Source: Somniosus microcephalus
Lineage: Eukaryota
Direction of reading: 5' to 3'
Length of the DNA: 64,000 nucleotides
NCBI GenBank assembly: GCA_052327205.1
Contig: CM126203.1
Coordinates: forward strand, 54,932,001-54,996,000
This document shows, piece by piece, positions 24,453 to 36,654 of this stretch. The notes under the pieces are model-generated. The model saw only the letters and a list, made by a program, of their open reading frames with translations, ran no database searches and was not told where the DNA came from. Both the position numbers and the translations under genes were made by a program. Positions within the stretch are counted from its first letter, which is position 1. Each line of letters begins with the position of its first letter.

Positions 24453-25495
24453 TCCAGATCCAAGGTCGTCCTATCATCTGTCGTCGAATTACAGTATGCA
24501 GATGACGCTTGCGTCTGCGCTCACTCTGAGGTCGAACTCCAAACCATCGTCAACACCTTCACCGAAGCGTACGAGAGCATGGGCCTTACACTAAACATCC
24601 GTAAGACAAAGGTCCTCTACCAACCTGCCCCCGCCACACAGTACTGCCCCCCGATTATCAAAATCCACGACAAGGCCTTGGACAACGTGGACCACTTTCC
24701 ATACCTCGGGAGCCTACCGTCAACAAGGGCAGACGTTGACGACAAAGTCCAACACCGCCTTCAGTGTGCCAGTGCAGCCTTTGGTCGCCTGAGGAAGAGA
24801 GTGTTTGAAGACCAGGACCTCAAACCCGGCATTAAGCTCATGGTCTACAGAGCAGCAGTGATACCCGCCCTGCTGTATGCCTCAGAGACATGGACCATGT
24901 ACAGCAGGCACCTCAAAGCACTGGAGAGGTACCACCAACGCTGCCTCCGCAAGATCCTGCAAATCCATTGGCAAGATAAGCACACCAATGTCAGTGTTCT
25001 TGCTCAGGCCAACATCCCCAGCATCGAAGCTTTGACCATGCTCGATCAGCTCCGATGGACGGGTCACATTGTCCGCATGCCCGATACGAGACTCCCAAAA
25101 CAAGCGCTCTACTTGGAACTCCGACACGGCAAGAGAGCCCCAGGTGGGCAGAGGAAATGCTTCAAGGGCACCCTCAAAGCCTCCTTGAAAAAGTGTAACA
25201 TCCCCACCGACACCTGGGAATCCCTGGCCCAAGACTGCACAAAGTGGAGGAGAAGCATCCGGGAAGGCACCGAACACCTTGAGTCTCTTCACTGGGAGGA
25301 AGCGGAAGCCAAGCGCAAGGAGCGCAAGGAGCGCATGTCAACCCAAGCACCCCACCCACCCGCCCCTTCAACCACCGTCTGCCCCACCTGTGACAGAGAT
25401 GTAGGTCCCACATTGGACTCATTAATCACCCGAGAACTCATTTTTAATGTGGAAGCAAGTCATCCTCGGTTCCGAGGGACTGCTTAAGAGAAGAA
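24453..25495 (+). mobile_element. RTE-clade LINE, 5'-truncated
   Basis: LQYADD, GLTLNIRKTKVL, FPYLGS, LLYASETWT, QLRWTGHIVRMPDTRLPKQALY, C-terminal CPTC; AAG-rich tail. Confidence 0.92.
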
Positions 25496-25638
25496 TTACC
25501 GAGCTACACTGATGACAAAGGCAATTCAAAAAACTTAAAATTTATTAGTGAACAAAACAGAAATGGTAATACTTCATAAAATGTTGACTAGATTGAAAGA
25601 GGCAGAAATTGAAATGGCATGTTTAGCGGTGGAAGAAA
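25496..25638 (+). repeat. Right copy of ~143-bp direct repeat flanking RTE
   Basis: Starts immediately after the RTE tail. Confidence 0.9.
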
Positions 25639-25639
25639 A

Positions 25640-26950
25640 AGCGAGAGAGAGAGAGCATTTCAGCTAATCAAGGAAGAATTACAGTTGAGAGAATGAGAGC
25701 TTCAGTTAAAGAAAGAGTGATAGCAATGTAAACTGGGGGAAGAGCAAAGCAGATGATGAGTGAGAATGAGAGGATAAACAGTGCCTGTACATGGAAAAAC
25801 AGTGTCAGCACAAAGACAGCTGCACCAGCATGAGGCAGAAAAAAAAGAAAGGCTGTGCCAGCATAAGGGTGACAAAAGGGAGAAAGAGCATTGCCCTGCT
25901 CTTGAGCTAGCAGAGAAACATGCATTAGCTGCAAATTTGATTAATGATAGAACTCAGGGCCCATCATTTTATTAAATCAATCTTTTTCCAAATTTTAAAG
26001 ATGGGATCATAGTTTAATCCAGAAATTTGAATTGTTCATCAAAAGTGGAACAAAATTGATGGATCAGCTGACTAGCAATGTCACTAAGTGGAAAAAACAC
26101 TAGCAGCATTTTCTCATGTTAATCTTGCGATAGTGTAGACATGTAAAACATGCTATTCTCAGGGCTTATGATGTAACGCCTGAAACAGGCAGAAATGTAA
26201 GAAGCTAAGAAAGGATCTGGACAGTACTGAGAGAAAAATGGTTATGTAGCTCGAAGACAAATGACAGATATGGCTAAAAAGGTCTTTGCCATTTAATAGG
26301 GACCTATTTCTAGAGATAGTTCCAGATGATTTAAGAAAGATTACTTGATCAAGGGTGTAAAACTCTTGAGCAGTTCAGAGCATCTGGTGATCATTTTAAT
26401 GCCTCACAAGCACAGGTAATCCATCGCCTTGGTGGGAGACCAAATGCCTCACAGTGAACCAATATCTCAACCTGCTCTAGGGTGAGCCAGTGGAGGGCAA
26501 TCAAGCAGATCTCAGAGATCTGTACACACTGAGATCAAGTGTTTGGAACGTGGCGAGGCAGGCAACAAGGCAAACAAGTGCTGGTCTCTTGGAAATCCTA
26601 CAACACAAAGCGGGCGGCCCCCTGAGCTCTTAAGATATGAGACGGCTAATTATGCAGTGACTGCTGATGTAGATAGATTTACCCCTCACCGTCATCCAAT
26701 CACTGTGAATGGGACATACACAAGGGAGTTGCGAGATACTGGCTCCTCATTCAGGAAAGTACATAGAAGCCTGGTGAAGGATTACCATTGTGCAAAAATC
26801 AAAGTTACCTGCATTCAGGGGCTGTGGATGACCACAGAAGTGCCTATGGCCACAGTGTGACTAGAACACTTTGGCTATGCAGGGGTTGCAGAAGTGAGGG
26901 TTTATTCATTTATGCTATTTGATGTTTTGGTAGGGAATGACGTATCCACA
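25640..26950 (+). pseudogene. Highly degraded gag/protease remnant of an older Gypsy (possibly Gmr1-like) element
   Basis: E/R-rich coiled-coil-like stretch, decayed CCHC (KCLERGEAGNKANKCW) and protease-like VNG...LRDTGSS...VHRSLV. Confidence 0.5.
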
Positions 26951-27694
26951 GAAAGGATTAAAGACAAGCAGCTCAGGGAAGGAAAGATCTGGGTGGTGCA
27001 GTGTGGGGCCAGCCTCATTACTCCAGTGCAGCTGCAAATGTTGCTGACTAGTTGCATGAGGTCAGGGGTACTGAACACCTGAAGATACCCAGAGGGCTGC
27101 GGCAATGCATGGAGGCAGGCAAAGTGGTGGCGTGATGCACCACACATTACTAAGGGTTTCACGGTCCAGAGAGGCCTGGATAGTAACTACCAAGAGGGGC
27201 TAGTGGAGGTACAACCTTTCCCACCACGTGTAAGGGCTCAGTGAAAGGCAGACAGAAAGCTCACCGCTGACCTCACAAACTGAATTTAAAAGTGTGCCTT
27301 ATCCTGAGATGTACGTGTAGCCACTCATTGTGCAGGAGGATCTAGCTTTATGTGTATTACCTAATCCAGAAGGATATCGGAGAGGTCAATGAGTACATTG
27401 CCCACCGTTGGAGGCAGGAGCTGATGAACAGGTGAAGAAAGTCTGTGACGCAATCCAGGAGCAGCACTCAGCTACCAACCTGGACAAAACCAGGGTGCAT
27501 GGTATGCTAGCTGCAGGTGCTGCATTGGCAATTAAGGACCTGTCAGTTGGACCTAGCCTACCACATCACACAATCAGTAAAAGTGTACTTGCCACCAAAG
27601 CCCAGAGGTGCCAAGCACAGGGGTTTCACATCTCTTCAACAAGTTTCCACACAGCAAGTATGAGGGGATCGGCAGGCAGGTTTCTGTAAACATT

Positions 27695-27780
27695 AATACA
27701 AAAGCAAAATACTGCGGATGCTGGAAATCTGAAATAAAAACAGAAAATGAGTATTTCCAGCATTTTCTGTATTTATTTCT
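27695..27780. repeat. Short palindromic Penelope-derived repeat remnant
   Basis: AAATACTGCGGATGCTGGAAAT...ATTTCCAGCATTTTCTG inverted arms; internal part missing. Confidence 0.45.
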
Positions 27781-28714
27781 GTAAACATTCATTGATTTTG
27801 AATTTTGAGTATTAATAAATTAAAGCACCAGTGCTCTAACTGTCCCCTCTATCTGTCTTTCTGTGTCTCCTTCTCTCTGAGCCAGCATCTCTCTCTGAAG
27901 TAAAAAATATGGATTTGAAAATACTTTTCCTGTGAAAATATACCTCAAAAAGCATCTAAAATTCACTTTCCAGTGTGTTTTCTTACAAACTCGCAAATAG
28001 TGTTACAGGCTGAGAAAAGACATATTTTGACTTTTGCACTGCAAATAGTAAATAAGCAAACTTTTCAGTAAACAATCACTGCTACTAAATTTTCAGTATA
28101 AACAAAACAAAGCATTGTAACTCTAATTACCCCATTTGATTTTTTTAAAGCACTTGATAATAGTTTTCTCTGAATTTCCCATTGCCCCTTACAGTCATTG
28201 GAAGTGCAGTAGATGTGCACTTCACGGCTACTGACGACCATTGCGCTCAGTCCATCTACACATTTTTGGCATGCTCCTGCTAGAGATTGGGTGGATTCGT
28301 CCCATTTTTCATTCCATCACTTCCAAGCATCAGCCCAGACACAAGCGCCTGGGGTCATTAGAATAGTGATCAGCAGGGAACGTCCATAGTGAGACACAAT
28401 GCATGATGAGCAGTCAGGAATAAAAGAAAATTGAATGAAGAAAATAATAATGTGTTAGATCAGAGGATCCAGGAATGTCAGATCTTAGTTGAGGACCTAG
28501 ATCTCATGGGTTCTGCTTTTAAACAAAGGATTCTAACAGAGCATTGCATGTATAGGCACTGTGGACTCCCTCCTACAAAGTGCTGCATCTGACTGATAAG
28601 ATGGAAATGTCCACTATCAGTATGAGAGACAACATCAGGTGAGCTTCTCCTTATTGCAGCATTCCTTGGAGAATATGACAGCTCAAGGAAGACCTGCAGA
28701 GGCACCTACATTAC

Positions 28715-29062
28715 TGAGGCCTCTAGAGAAGATGTTTCCACTTGTGGGGAGTCTAACACAAAGGGACATAAATAAAAGAGAGTCACCAATAAATCCAGTA
28801 AAGAATTCAGGAGAAACCTTTTTAATCAGAGAGTGGTGAGAATGTGGAACTCGCTACCACATGGAGTAATTCAGGTGAATAGCAAAGATGCATTTAAAGG
28901 GAAGCTAGATTACCACATGAGGGAGAAAGGAATAGAAGGATATGTTGATGGGGTGAGATAAAGTAAGGAGGGAGGATGCTCATGTGGGGCATAAACACCA
29001 GCATAGACCTGAAGGGCCAAATGACCTGTTTCTGTGCTGTAAAATTCTATGTAATTCTATGC
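28715..29062 (+). mobile_element. CR1 3' fragment
   Basis: EKMFPLVG..., GTGGTGAGAATGTGGAACTCGCTACCAC and (ATTCTATGTA)-like tail. Confidence 0.8.
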
Positions 29063-29304
29063 TTTAGGAGAAGCATCAAAGGGAGATTCACAGTGCTGAC
29101 AGACACCATTCCATCTGTCTTCCTGCTAATCAGTGGTCTTTTGGAAACTGCCCAGTGCCTAAAAGACAGGTCTTTTCAGGGTCCAGCATTCTCTCAGGAA
29201 CGCATATCCAGTCAATCATTCTGTCAGGTCCCCCAGGTGCCTGAATAGATTGATGTGCAGTAGCAGAAACAGGTTGCCCAGACATCTACACTGGTGGTGC
29301 AATC

Positions 29305-29722
29305 TGAAAGGAAGAATTGCATTTATATAGTGCTTTCACAACCTCCCAAAGCACTTTACGGCCAATGAAGTATTTTTGAAGTGTAGTCACAATTTTTAAT
29401 GTAGAAAACCTGGCATCCAATCTGCACATGGCAAGATCCCACAAACAGCAATGTGATAATGGCAAGATAATTTGTTTTAGTCATGTTGATTGAGGGTAAA
29501 TATTGAACTCTCCTGCTCTTCTTCGTAATAATGCCATGGGATCTTTTACATCCACCTGAGAGGGCGAGCAGGGCCTTGGTTTAATGTCTCATCCAAAAGA
29601 CAGTACCTCTGACAGTGCAGCACTCCCTCAGTTCTGCAGCCTAGATTTTGTGCTCAAGTGGGACTTGAACCCACAACCATCTGACTCAGAGGCAAGAGTG
29701 CTACACTGAGCCACAGCTGACA
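29305..29722 (-). mobile_element. Deu-domain SINE (SacSINE1-like), near complete
   Basis: tRNA-like head at the right end, Deu core, and L2-like tail GCATTTATATAGTGCTTT. Confidence 0.75.
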
Positions 29723-30289
29723 TCTGCAGGTGGTCCTTCTCAAGACAGTGGCTGCCGGAGGCTACAGCTACCACAGTCCAACAAAATTCATAGTGACAGT
29801 CAGCAGCCAGCTACCCCCTCCACTTCAGACTCTCAGGTAGCACTTAGAAGAAGCTCATGTTTAGCTAAAGTACTAGACTATTACAAAAGCAAAGCACTAT
29901 GGAGATGACTGAGTATCATGTTTCTCTAATGTTTAATGCAAAGTAATACATTTCCTCGATACTTATTTTCTTGTATTTATTCGGTTAGCATTAATTAGAG
30001 TACTGGGGATTAGGGCATGCAAGATCTTTGTGTGCTTATTGGAAGTGAAAGAAAAATAATGTTAAAATAACAATGTTGTGGAGTGATGGTGGCAATGAGG
30101 GTTATAGTGTTGCGCCTATCACTGGGGGTTTGGTGGCGATAGTTTTATTTCTAAGAAATGTGTCTTTATGAGAGCACTTCTAATGTGTTTTTGGACCAGG
30201 AACAGAATTGCGACATAATTCATTCTCAGGCTCTTGCTGGTCATGAAGTCCATCCAGATTCTCTTTTCTTACCTGAAATCGTTTGTCGT

Positions 30290-30470
30290 TTGCCTGCAAC
30301 TGGATGTCCCTCCCCAGAGTACAATTATGTAGGATGCAGCAGGCAATGACTATATGGGAAAGTCGTGCTGGAGAATATTGCAGGGTTCTACCAGACCTAT
30401 CTACACAGCAGAAATCGTGCATTCACGATTCTAACTGCAGGCTCTATAATTAACCTGGTGGCCAAACTGA
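30290..30470 (-). pseudogene. Harbinger transposase C-terminal remnant
   Basis: FCCVDRSGRTLQYSPARLSHIVIACCILHN, homologous to 55557-55670. Confidence 0.75.
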
Positions 30471-30682
30471 CATCATTGTACTTCATCTCAGTATCACTGT
30501 GAAGAATCCTGACTGGGGTGAGGAGCCAAGTTTAATAAAGGGCATTCTTTATCAAAGCCATGGTAAACAAGGAGGTCGTCGGGATATTGGATGAGATAAA
30601 AATAGATAAAGAGGGGGTATGAGGAAGGCTGGCAGTATTTAAAGTAGATAAGTCACCCGGTCCGGATGGGATGCATCCTCGA

Positions 30683-31922
30683 AAAGAAAGACTTGCATTT
30701 AAATAGCGCCTTTCATGACCACTGGATGCAAAGTGCTTTATAGCCAATGAAGTACTTTTTAAGGTGTAGTCACTGTTGTAATGTAGGAAACACGGCAGCC
30801 AATATGTGCACAGCAAGCTCCCACAAACAGCAATGTGATAATGACTTGATATTCTGTTTTTGTTATGTTGTTAACTCCCCTGCTCTTCTTCGAAATACGT
30901 CCACCTGAGAGAGCAGATGGGGCCTCGGTTTAACATCTCATCCAAAAGACGGCACCTCCAATGGTGCAGTACTCCCTCAGCACTGCACTGGAGTGTCAGC
31001 CTACATTTTTGTGCTCAAGTCTCTGGAGTGGGACAACAGGTAGTAAATTGTTCTTGGAAGATTTTAAAATTCTTAGGGGGAGAAATTCAGTTGCTTTGTG
31101 CCTGCCATTAGCGCGGCGCAAAGCAACTAGCGCCCGGGCGCTGCGCCGCCAACGCCTCCCACGAAATTCATCACGATGCGCAGCACCCCGGCCGTGATCT
31201 TTGGTAGTGCCCCCTGACTTACCACCGGACGCTATGTCCAACGGGGTCAGGGGGGCCTACCTGCGGCTGGGGCAACGCTATTTAAAGGCGAGGTGCCGGG
31301 CGGCCATTTTTGTTTCTGGTCGCTTGCCAGCACCTGCCTCCGCTCCCGTCTCTGGCCTCCTGACCCTCCCCCTGTGGAGTGCCGGCTGCTCTCCATGAGC
31401 CCAGCACTTCTCTTGAGTGCCAGGCTCTTTTGCCAGCACTCCCGATCCCCGATGGCTCAGCTGGGCCCCGGGTCGTGCTGCGCAAGGCCCCTCCCCTTTA
31501 AGAAGGGGAGGAAGGCCTGCAATACCGCGGCGCGATGTGCCGCAGCACATAGTGCTGCGATATTCCCTCGCAGCACCTCAAGAGGGAGGCGGGGCGCTTC
31601 CAGTAGCGCCCCACTTCCCTCTTGGGGCGCTACCACTCAATTTCGGCCACGGGGGTGCTAATGTTTCCGGGGGGCTAAAAGTAGTGCCCCGGCGAAGGTA
31701 GCCCCCCAAAGGGGGCGCCACTCAATTTTTCCCCCTTACTTTTCCTTTCTGTCTTTTTTTTTCTTTCTCTTAATCCAATATTTTTTTCCCCCAATTTATT
31801 TCTTTCTGTACCTAATTTGACTTTATTTCACCCTATTTCGTTCTCCGTCATTCCTCTATTTCTTGAACCCACAATCTTCTGACTCAGATACGAGAGTGCT
31901 ACCCACTGAGCCACAGCTGACA
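30683..31922 (-). mobile_element. Deu-domain SINE split by an insertion (31036-31862)
   Basis: Body 30683-31035 ends GGAGTGGGAC; head resumes CTTGAACCCACAA at ~31862. Confidence 0.7.
31076..31735. mobile_element. CpG-rich Harbinger-type MITE
   Basis: TIR GGGGGAGAAATT / AATTTTTCCCCC; perfect TTA TSD (31073-31075, 31736-31738). Confidence 0.88.
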
Positions 31923-32318
31923 CTAGGTTGCTGAGGGAAATAAAGGTAGAAATTGCAGAGGTGCGGGCCACAATCTTCCAATTCTCCTTAGATACAGGGG
32001 TGGTGCCAAAGGGCCGGAGGATTGCAAATGTTACACCCTTGTTCAAAAATGGTAAGGATAAACCTGGCAATTACAGGCCAGTGAGTTTAATATTGGTGGT
32101 GGGGAAGCTTTTAGAAACAATAATCTGGGAGAAAATTAACAGCCACTTGGACAAGCATCGACTTATAAAGGAGAGCCAGCACTGATTCATTAAGGGCAAA
32201 TCATGTTTGACTAACTTGATTTAGTTTTTTGATGAGGCAACAGAGAGGGTGGATGAGGGCAGTGCAGTTGATGTTGTGTATATGGACTTTCAAAGGGCGT
32301 TTGATAAAGTACCATATA

Positions 32319-32650
32319 CAGGAAACTTTCGTTTAACCGGAGGTTAAATATCTGGAAAGCTCGCTCTACCGGCAAAATTCAGAAGCTGTTTCCTATAAGT
32401 TTTTTTACTTCTCGTTGCTTTTTTTTCCAGTCAGGCTCTGCAAGGTCTAGCTGAAGCTGTTGCTTAGCTAGAGAGACGCTTTTAAGCTGCGGCTGACTGT
32501 TTTGAAGCTGCTGCTAAGCAACAGGGTTTGTTGATTCACAGGGAGCTCAAAAGCTCCGTATGTTTTAACATTAGCGCTGGTTTCTACGGCAGTTTTGATG
32601 GTACGGCACCAGCTCGGTCCCGTCAGTGCCGGATACCAGAAAGTTTCCTG
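32319..32650. mobile_element. Tc1/mariner-pogo type MITE
   Basis: TIR CAGGAAACTTTC...CCGG / CCGG...GAAAGTTTCCTG; TA TSD; interrupts the CR1 DKVPH motif. Confidence 0.85.
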
Positions 32651-33869
32651 TATTAGGCTTGTTAGCAATATTGAAGGCTATGGGATAAAATGATACAAGC
32701 ATGGGATAAAAGGATACAAGCAACAGCATGGATACAAAATTGGCTAATGGATAGAAAATAGAGAGAGTTGTAATGAATGACTATTTTTCAGATTGGAAGG
32801 AGGTATACAGTGTAGTTCCCCAAGGTTCAGTACTAGGACCACTGCTGTTTTTGATATACATTAATATCTTGGACTTGTGGGTACAGGGCACAATTTTGAA
32901 ATTTGCAGATAACACAAAACTTGGAATTGTCGTAAACAGTGAAGAAGATAGTAATAGACTTCAAGAAGACATAGACAGGCTGGTGGAATGGGTGGACACA
33001 TGGCAGATGAAATTCAATGCAGACAAGTGTGAGGTGATACATTTTGGTAGGAAGAACGAGGAGAGACAATACATGTTAAATGGTACAATTTTAAAGGGAG
33101 TGCAAAGAGAGAGAGACCGGGGGTGCTTATGCACAAATCTTTCAAGGTGGCAGGAAGGTTAACAAAGCAGTTAATAAAGCATATGGGGTCCTGGGCTTTA
33201 TATAAATAGAGATATAAGAGTACAAAAGCCAGGAAGTTATACTAAACCGATATAAAACACTAGTTCGGCCCCAGCTGGAGTATTGTGTCCAATTCTGGGC
33301 ACCACACATTAGGAAGAACGTGAGGCTTTGGCGAGTGTACAGAAGAGCTTTACTAGATTGGTTCCAGGGATGAGGGATTACAGTTACATGGATAGACTAG
33401 AGAAGCTGGGGTTGTTCTCCTTAGAGCAGAAAAGGCTAAGAGGAGATTTGACAGAGGTTTTTAAAATCATGAAAAAAACATCAGTAAATAAAGAGAAACT
33501 GTTTCCAATGGCCGTAAGGTTGATAACCAGAGGGCACAGCTTTAAGGTGATTGGCAAAAGAACCAGAGGCGACAGGAGGAAAAGCTTTTTAACGCAACAA
33601 GTGGTTAGGATTTGGAATGCACTGCCTGATAGGGTGGTGGATACAGATTCAATAGTAGCCCTCAAAAGGGAATTGGATAAATACTTGAAGGAGAAAAAAT
33701 TGCTGGGATATGGGGAAAGAGCGGGGGAGTGGAACTAACTGGATTGCTCTTCAAAAGAGCCGGCACAGACTCGATGGGCGAATGACCTCCTTCTGTGCTG
33801 TACTATTCTCTGATTCTATCTCCCAGAAGAGGACATCTACCTCTGGTTTGAAAAAAGAGCTAGTACAGA

Positions 33870-34300
33870 TAACTGTATATTTATAAATGCATCATGGCAG
33901 CTGCCAGGGTAATGTGTTGATATGCAGGATCTTATCAGACCAGCTGAACATTTAAGGAATAGTATTTCTTCCTGTTAATATATATTACGGCATCCATGAA
34001 TGACACTCTGATTGCCAAGTGGATACAGTTTATCCCCGCCACTCTGAAAAATCCGAATACCCTCTCCTGTTGAGTTGCTGCATCCATGGGAAAAAAAGTA
34101 AGCCATCACTGGTGAATAGGGCACCAATGACTGCACGATGTAACTACATGGACTGCGAGATGTTGCAAAGATCCCCAGTATTTGACTGGAAGGAAACTGA
34201 TGCAGAGAATTTGAGCACCATTGATACCTTCACTTTCATGATGAGGTTTAAGATCTGGTTCAAGGATTCTGCAAAACATATGGATGCAGGAATTGTGTGC
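33870..34300 (-). pseudogene. Harbinger transposase N-terminal/catalytic remnant
   Basis: Minus frames give VKVSMVLKFSASVSFQSNTGDLCNISQS, INCIHLAIR (IDCTHVAIR-like), YINRKKYYSLNVQLV and YPGSCHDAF; likely the same element as 30290-30470. Confidence 0.75.
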
Positions 34301-34334
34301 TTTATCGACTTTGTTGACTGGATAATTCCTGACC

Positions 34335-34670
34335 CTAGATGGACAAGGGCAGCAGGTGCATGGGAACACCATCACCTCCAACTTCCCCTCTAAGTCACAC
34401 ACCATCCAGACTTGGACATATACCATTGTTCCTTTCCCTCCAAGTCACACACTATTCAGACTTGGACATATATCATCGTTCCTTCATCGCCACTGGGTCA
34501 AATCCTGGAAGTCCCTCCCTAACAGCATTGTGGAAGTACCTTCACCACATGGACTGCAGCAGTTCAAGAAGAAGGTTCACCACCACCTTCTCAAAGGCAA
34601 CTAGGGATGGGTAATAAATGCTGGCCTTGCTAGCAATGCTCATATTCCAAGAATGAATTTAAAAAAAATA
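34335..34670 (+). mobile_element. 3' end of the tRNA-headed LINE family with an internal ~50-bp tandem duplication
   Basis: Matches 5243-5515; TCCCTCCAAGTCACACAC...GACTTGGACATATA occurs twice. Confidence 0.85.
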
Positions 34671-34759
34671 TTTCCACCTAAGTAGACAAACTCTTCTCTG
34701 GTCATAATACTCTGCTCCCTCATTAAGGAAAGCCAAATACAGAGGAATGCCCAGAGGAA

Positions 34760-34880
34760 TATGCTGATAGATTTAGATGACGAAAGACGGGAGGAGGTTC
34801 GAGTGGAACATAAACACCGACCGGTATGAACTGGTTGGGCCGAATGGCCTGCTTCTGTGCCGTATATCCTATGTAATCCT
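34760..34880 (+). mobile_element. CR1 3' tail fragment
   Basis: GGGCCGAATGGCCTG...TCCTATGTAATCCTA. Confidence 0.6.
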
Positions 34881-36654
34881 ACACGTAAAACCCCTCCCTT
34901 TTGAGCAATGTAGGGAGGGTGAAATTATGAGAAATCTTGGAGGATGACATCACCTCGTCATCCTGTCCTCATTTTCGTGCAACTGCTGATTTGATGGTAG
35001 GCAGTAGGGGCACACCTTAAGCTTGGGCAGGGAGTGGAAAACCCGATGGACAAATGTCTACACAGAGACTTGGCAGTATGCAATCCCAAGACAGATTGTG
35101 CCACATCTGTGCTCATTTTCAGGTGGAATGCTTCAAAAAAGTTTGTTTTCAAATCATTTGGAAAAACATTCATAAATAGTTTTTATTATCTGTGGATAGA
35201 CACTCTTCTAGTTGCACTGTGAGAATCAAACTGGTACATATTGGCAGAATCTTCACACTGCACATGCTTAGATGGCAGCAACCTGGGAATTATAAGAACA
35301 GGTGTGGCTAGTAACTCCTGTCAGCTGACAGAGTAATAGCTCTTGGAAGCATATCAATTCCAGGCATGGGCTTTTAAAAGATACTAAGCCAAGCATCGGT
35401 CGTAAGTCAGTGGTCTCATATAATAGCAGCTTCACATTAGAGGAGCAAATATATAGGTTTCCCTCTGTCAGCTATACTTCCCATCTTCAGAGAAGCAATG
35501 GTATTATACAGTCAAAGTGTGGGTCTACAGTTCTGTCCTTGGACCAAGTGTTTCTCATCGCTCAAGCTAAACCCAGCGATACAGTACTGCACACGTGCAG
35601 CCTCTGCAATTGGGCCTCCATATTACACAGGGGAGGCCCAGCTGCCCTATATAGACCTAAACCCAACAACAAATCTATTCAGGGAAGAATGACGCACAAC
35701 GATTGCTTTCTCCAGAAAAGAAGAAAAAATGCAAAGTATAAAACATCTCAAGCACTGCCTTACAATGCAAGACTGTAGTGATCCTTAAATAATGAAGCAT
35801 TAAACTGACCCATATTAGATAAATAATTAAGAGATTATCATTTGTATTTGTGAGAAGACATCATTAGTTTCCTGTTTTAAGAGCTCTGCCAATGTAAGGA
35901 CTTGTAATGTACTGACTTTATTATAACAACAGATTATCATTCAAGGTTAACATCTGTCGGTGTGTGCTGTGCTTTGCAATATGGCCTTGGAAGAAGTACT
36001 GTGGAAGCTTAATTAACTTCAGCTAATATATAGTCAACAAACAAAGGAGCTTCAGCATCAACTGTGCATGTTAATTTGTCTTCCTTGTACTGTCAGGTTA
36101 CTATTGTCATAGTACTCCAATTCAGTTCCCCCCGCAATGGTGCAATCTTCATAATCCATAATATTCCAATCAAAAGGTCAACAGAATGACAGAAATAAAA
36201 GGTTGCTAAAGTTAATGATTTCTTTAAAAACTGATTCTTCTGTACGAAGACAAAAATAGCTGTGGTTCTTATCTGGTGAACTTTTGTGTCCAGAGCTGGA
36301 GAATAGAACACTACCACTTTTGAAGCTTACAGCAAAATTGCTATCTTCACTAATTTCAGTGAAAAAGTAGGCGTGAGTAAAACTGGCATTTTGGAATGTC
36401 AATAGAAGGTACAATGTGAAAATCGCATTGTTTCCTGTAAGGGAAGTCTGACAGCTCAGTCTGTCAAATGCCAGAACAAAATAGTAAGCTGCACCAGAAG
36501 CAGGCATTTTAATTTGGTTCCAGTTGGATGGAGAATAAGCAACTCCGAAGTTGTACTCCATGCCATCAGTGCCAGCTCATTTATAATATAGAGCTGCCAC
36601 CAAAGTAAGGGCTGCTTCCTGCACGATTGTACCTGTAATACAGATCAGACATGA

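Larger units (their letters stand above)
30540..33820 (+). mobile_element. CR1 LINE (RT to tail) interrupted by a SINE/MITE block (30683-31922) and a TA-MITE (32319-32650)
   Basis: KSPGPDGMHP | RLLREIKVEIAE, NYRPVSL, VPQGSVLGPLLF; tail ATTCTCTGATTCTAT. Confidence 0.88.

Noticed and set aside
30961-31701. Cluster of overlapping ORFs / CpG-island-like stretch
   Set aside because: Explained by a GC-rich MITE with TIRs and a TTA TSD.
36093-36635. 127-aa minus ORF (36178-36561) and a possible acceptor TTACAG near 36633
   Set aside because: No recognisable domain, weak pyrimidine tract, and two of the three frames after the acceptor close within 20 codons. It could be UTR but is unsupported.
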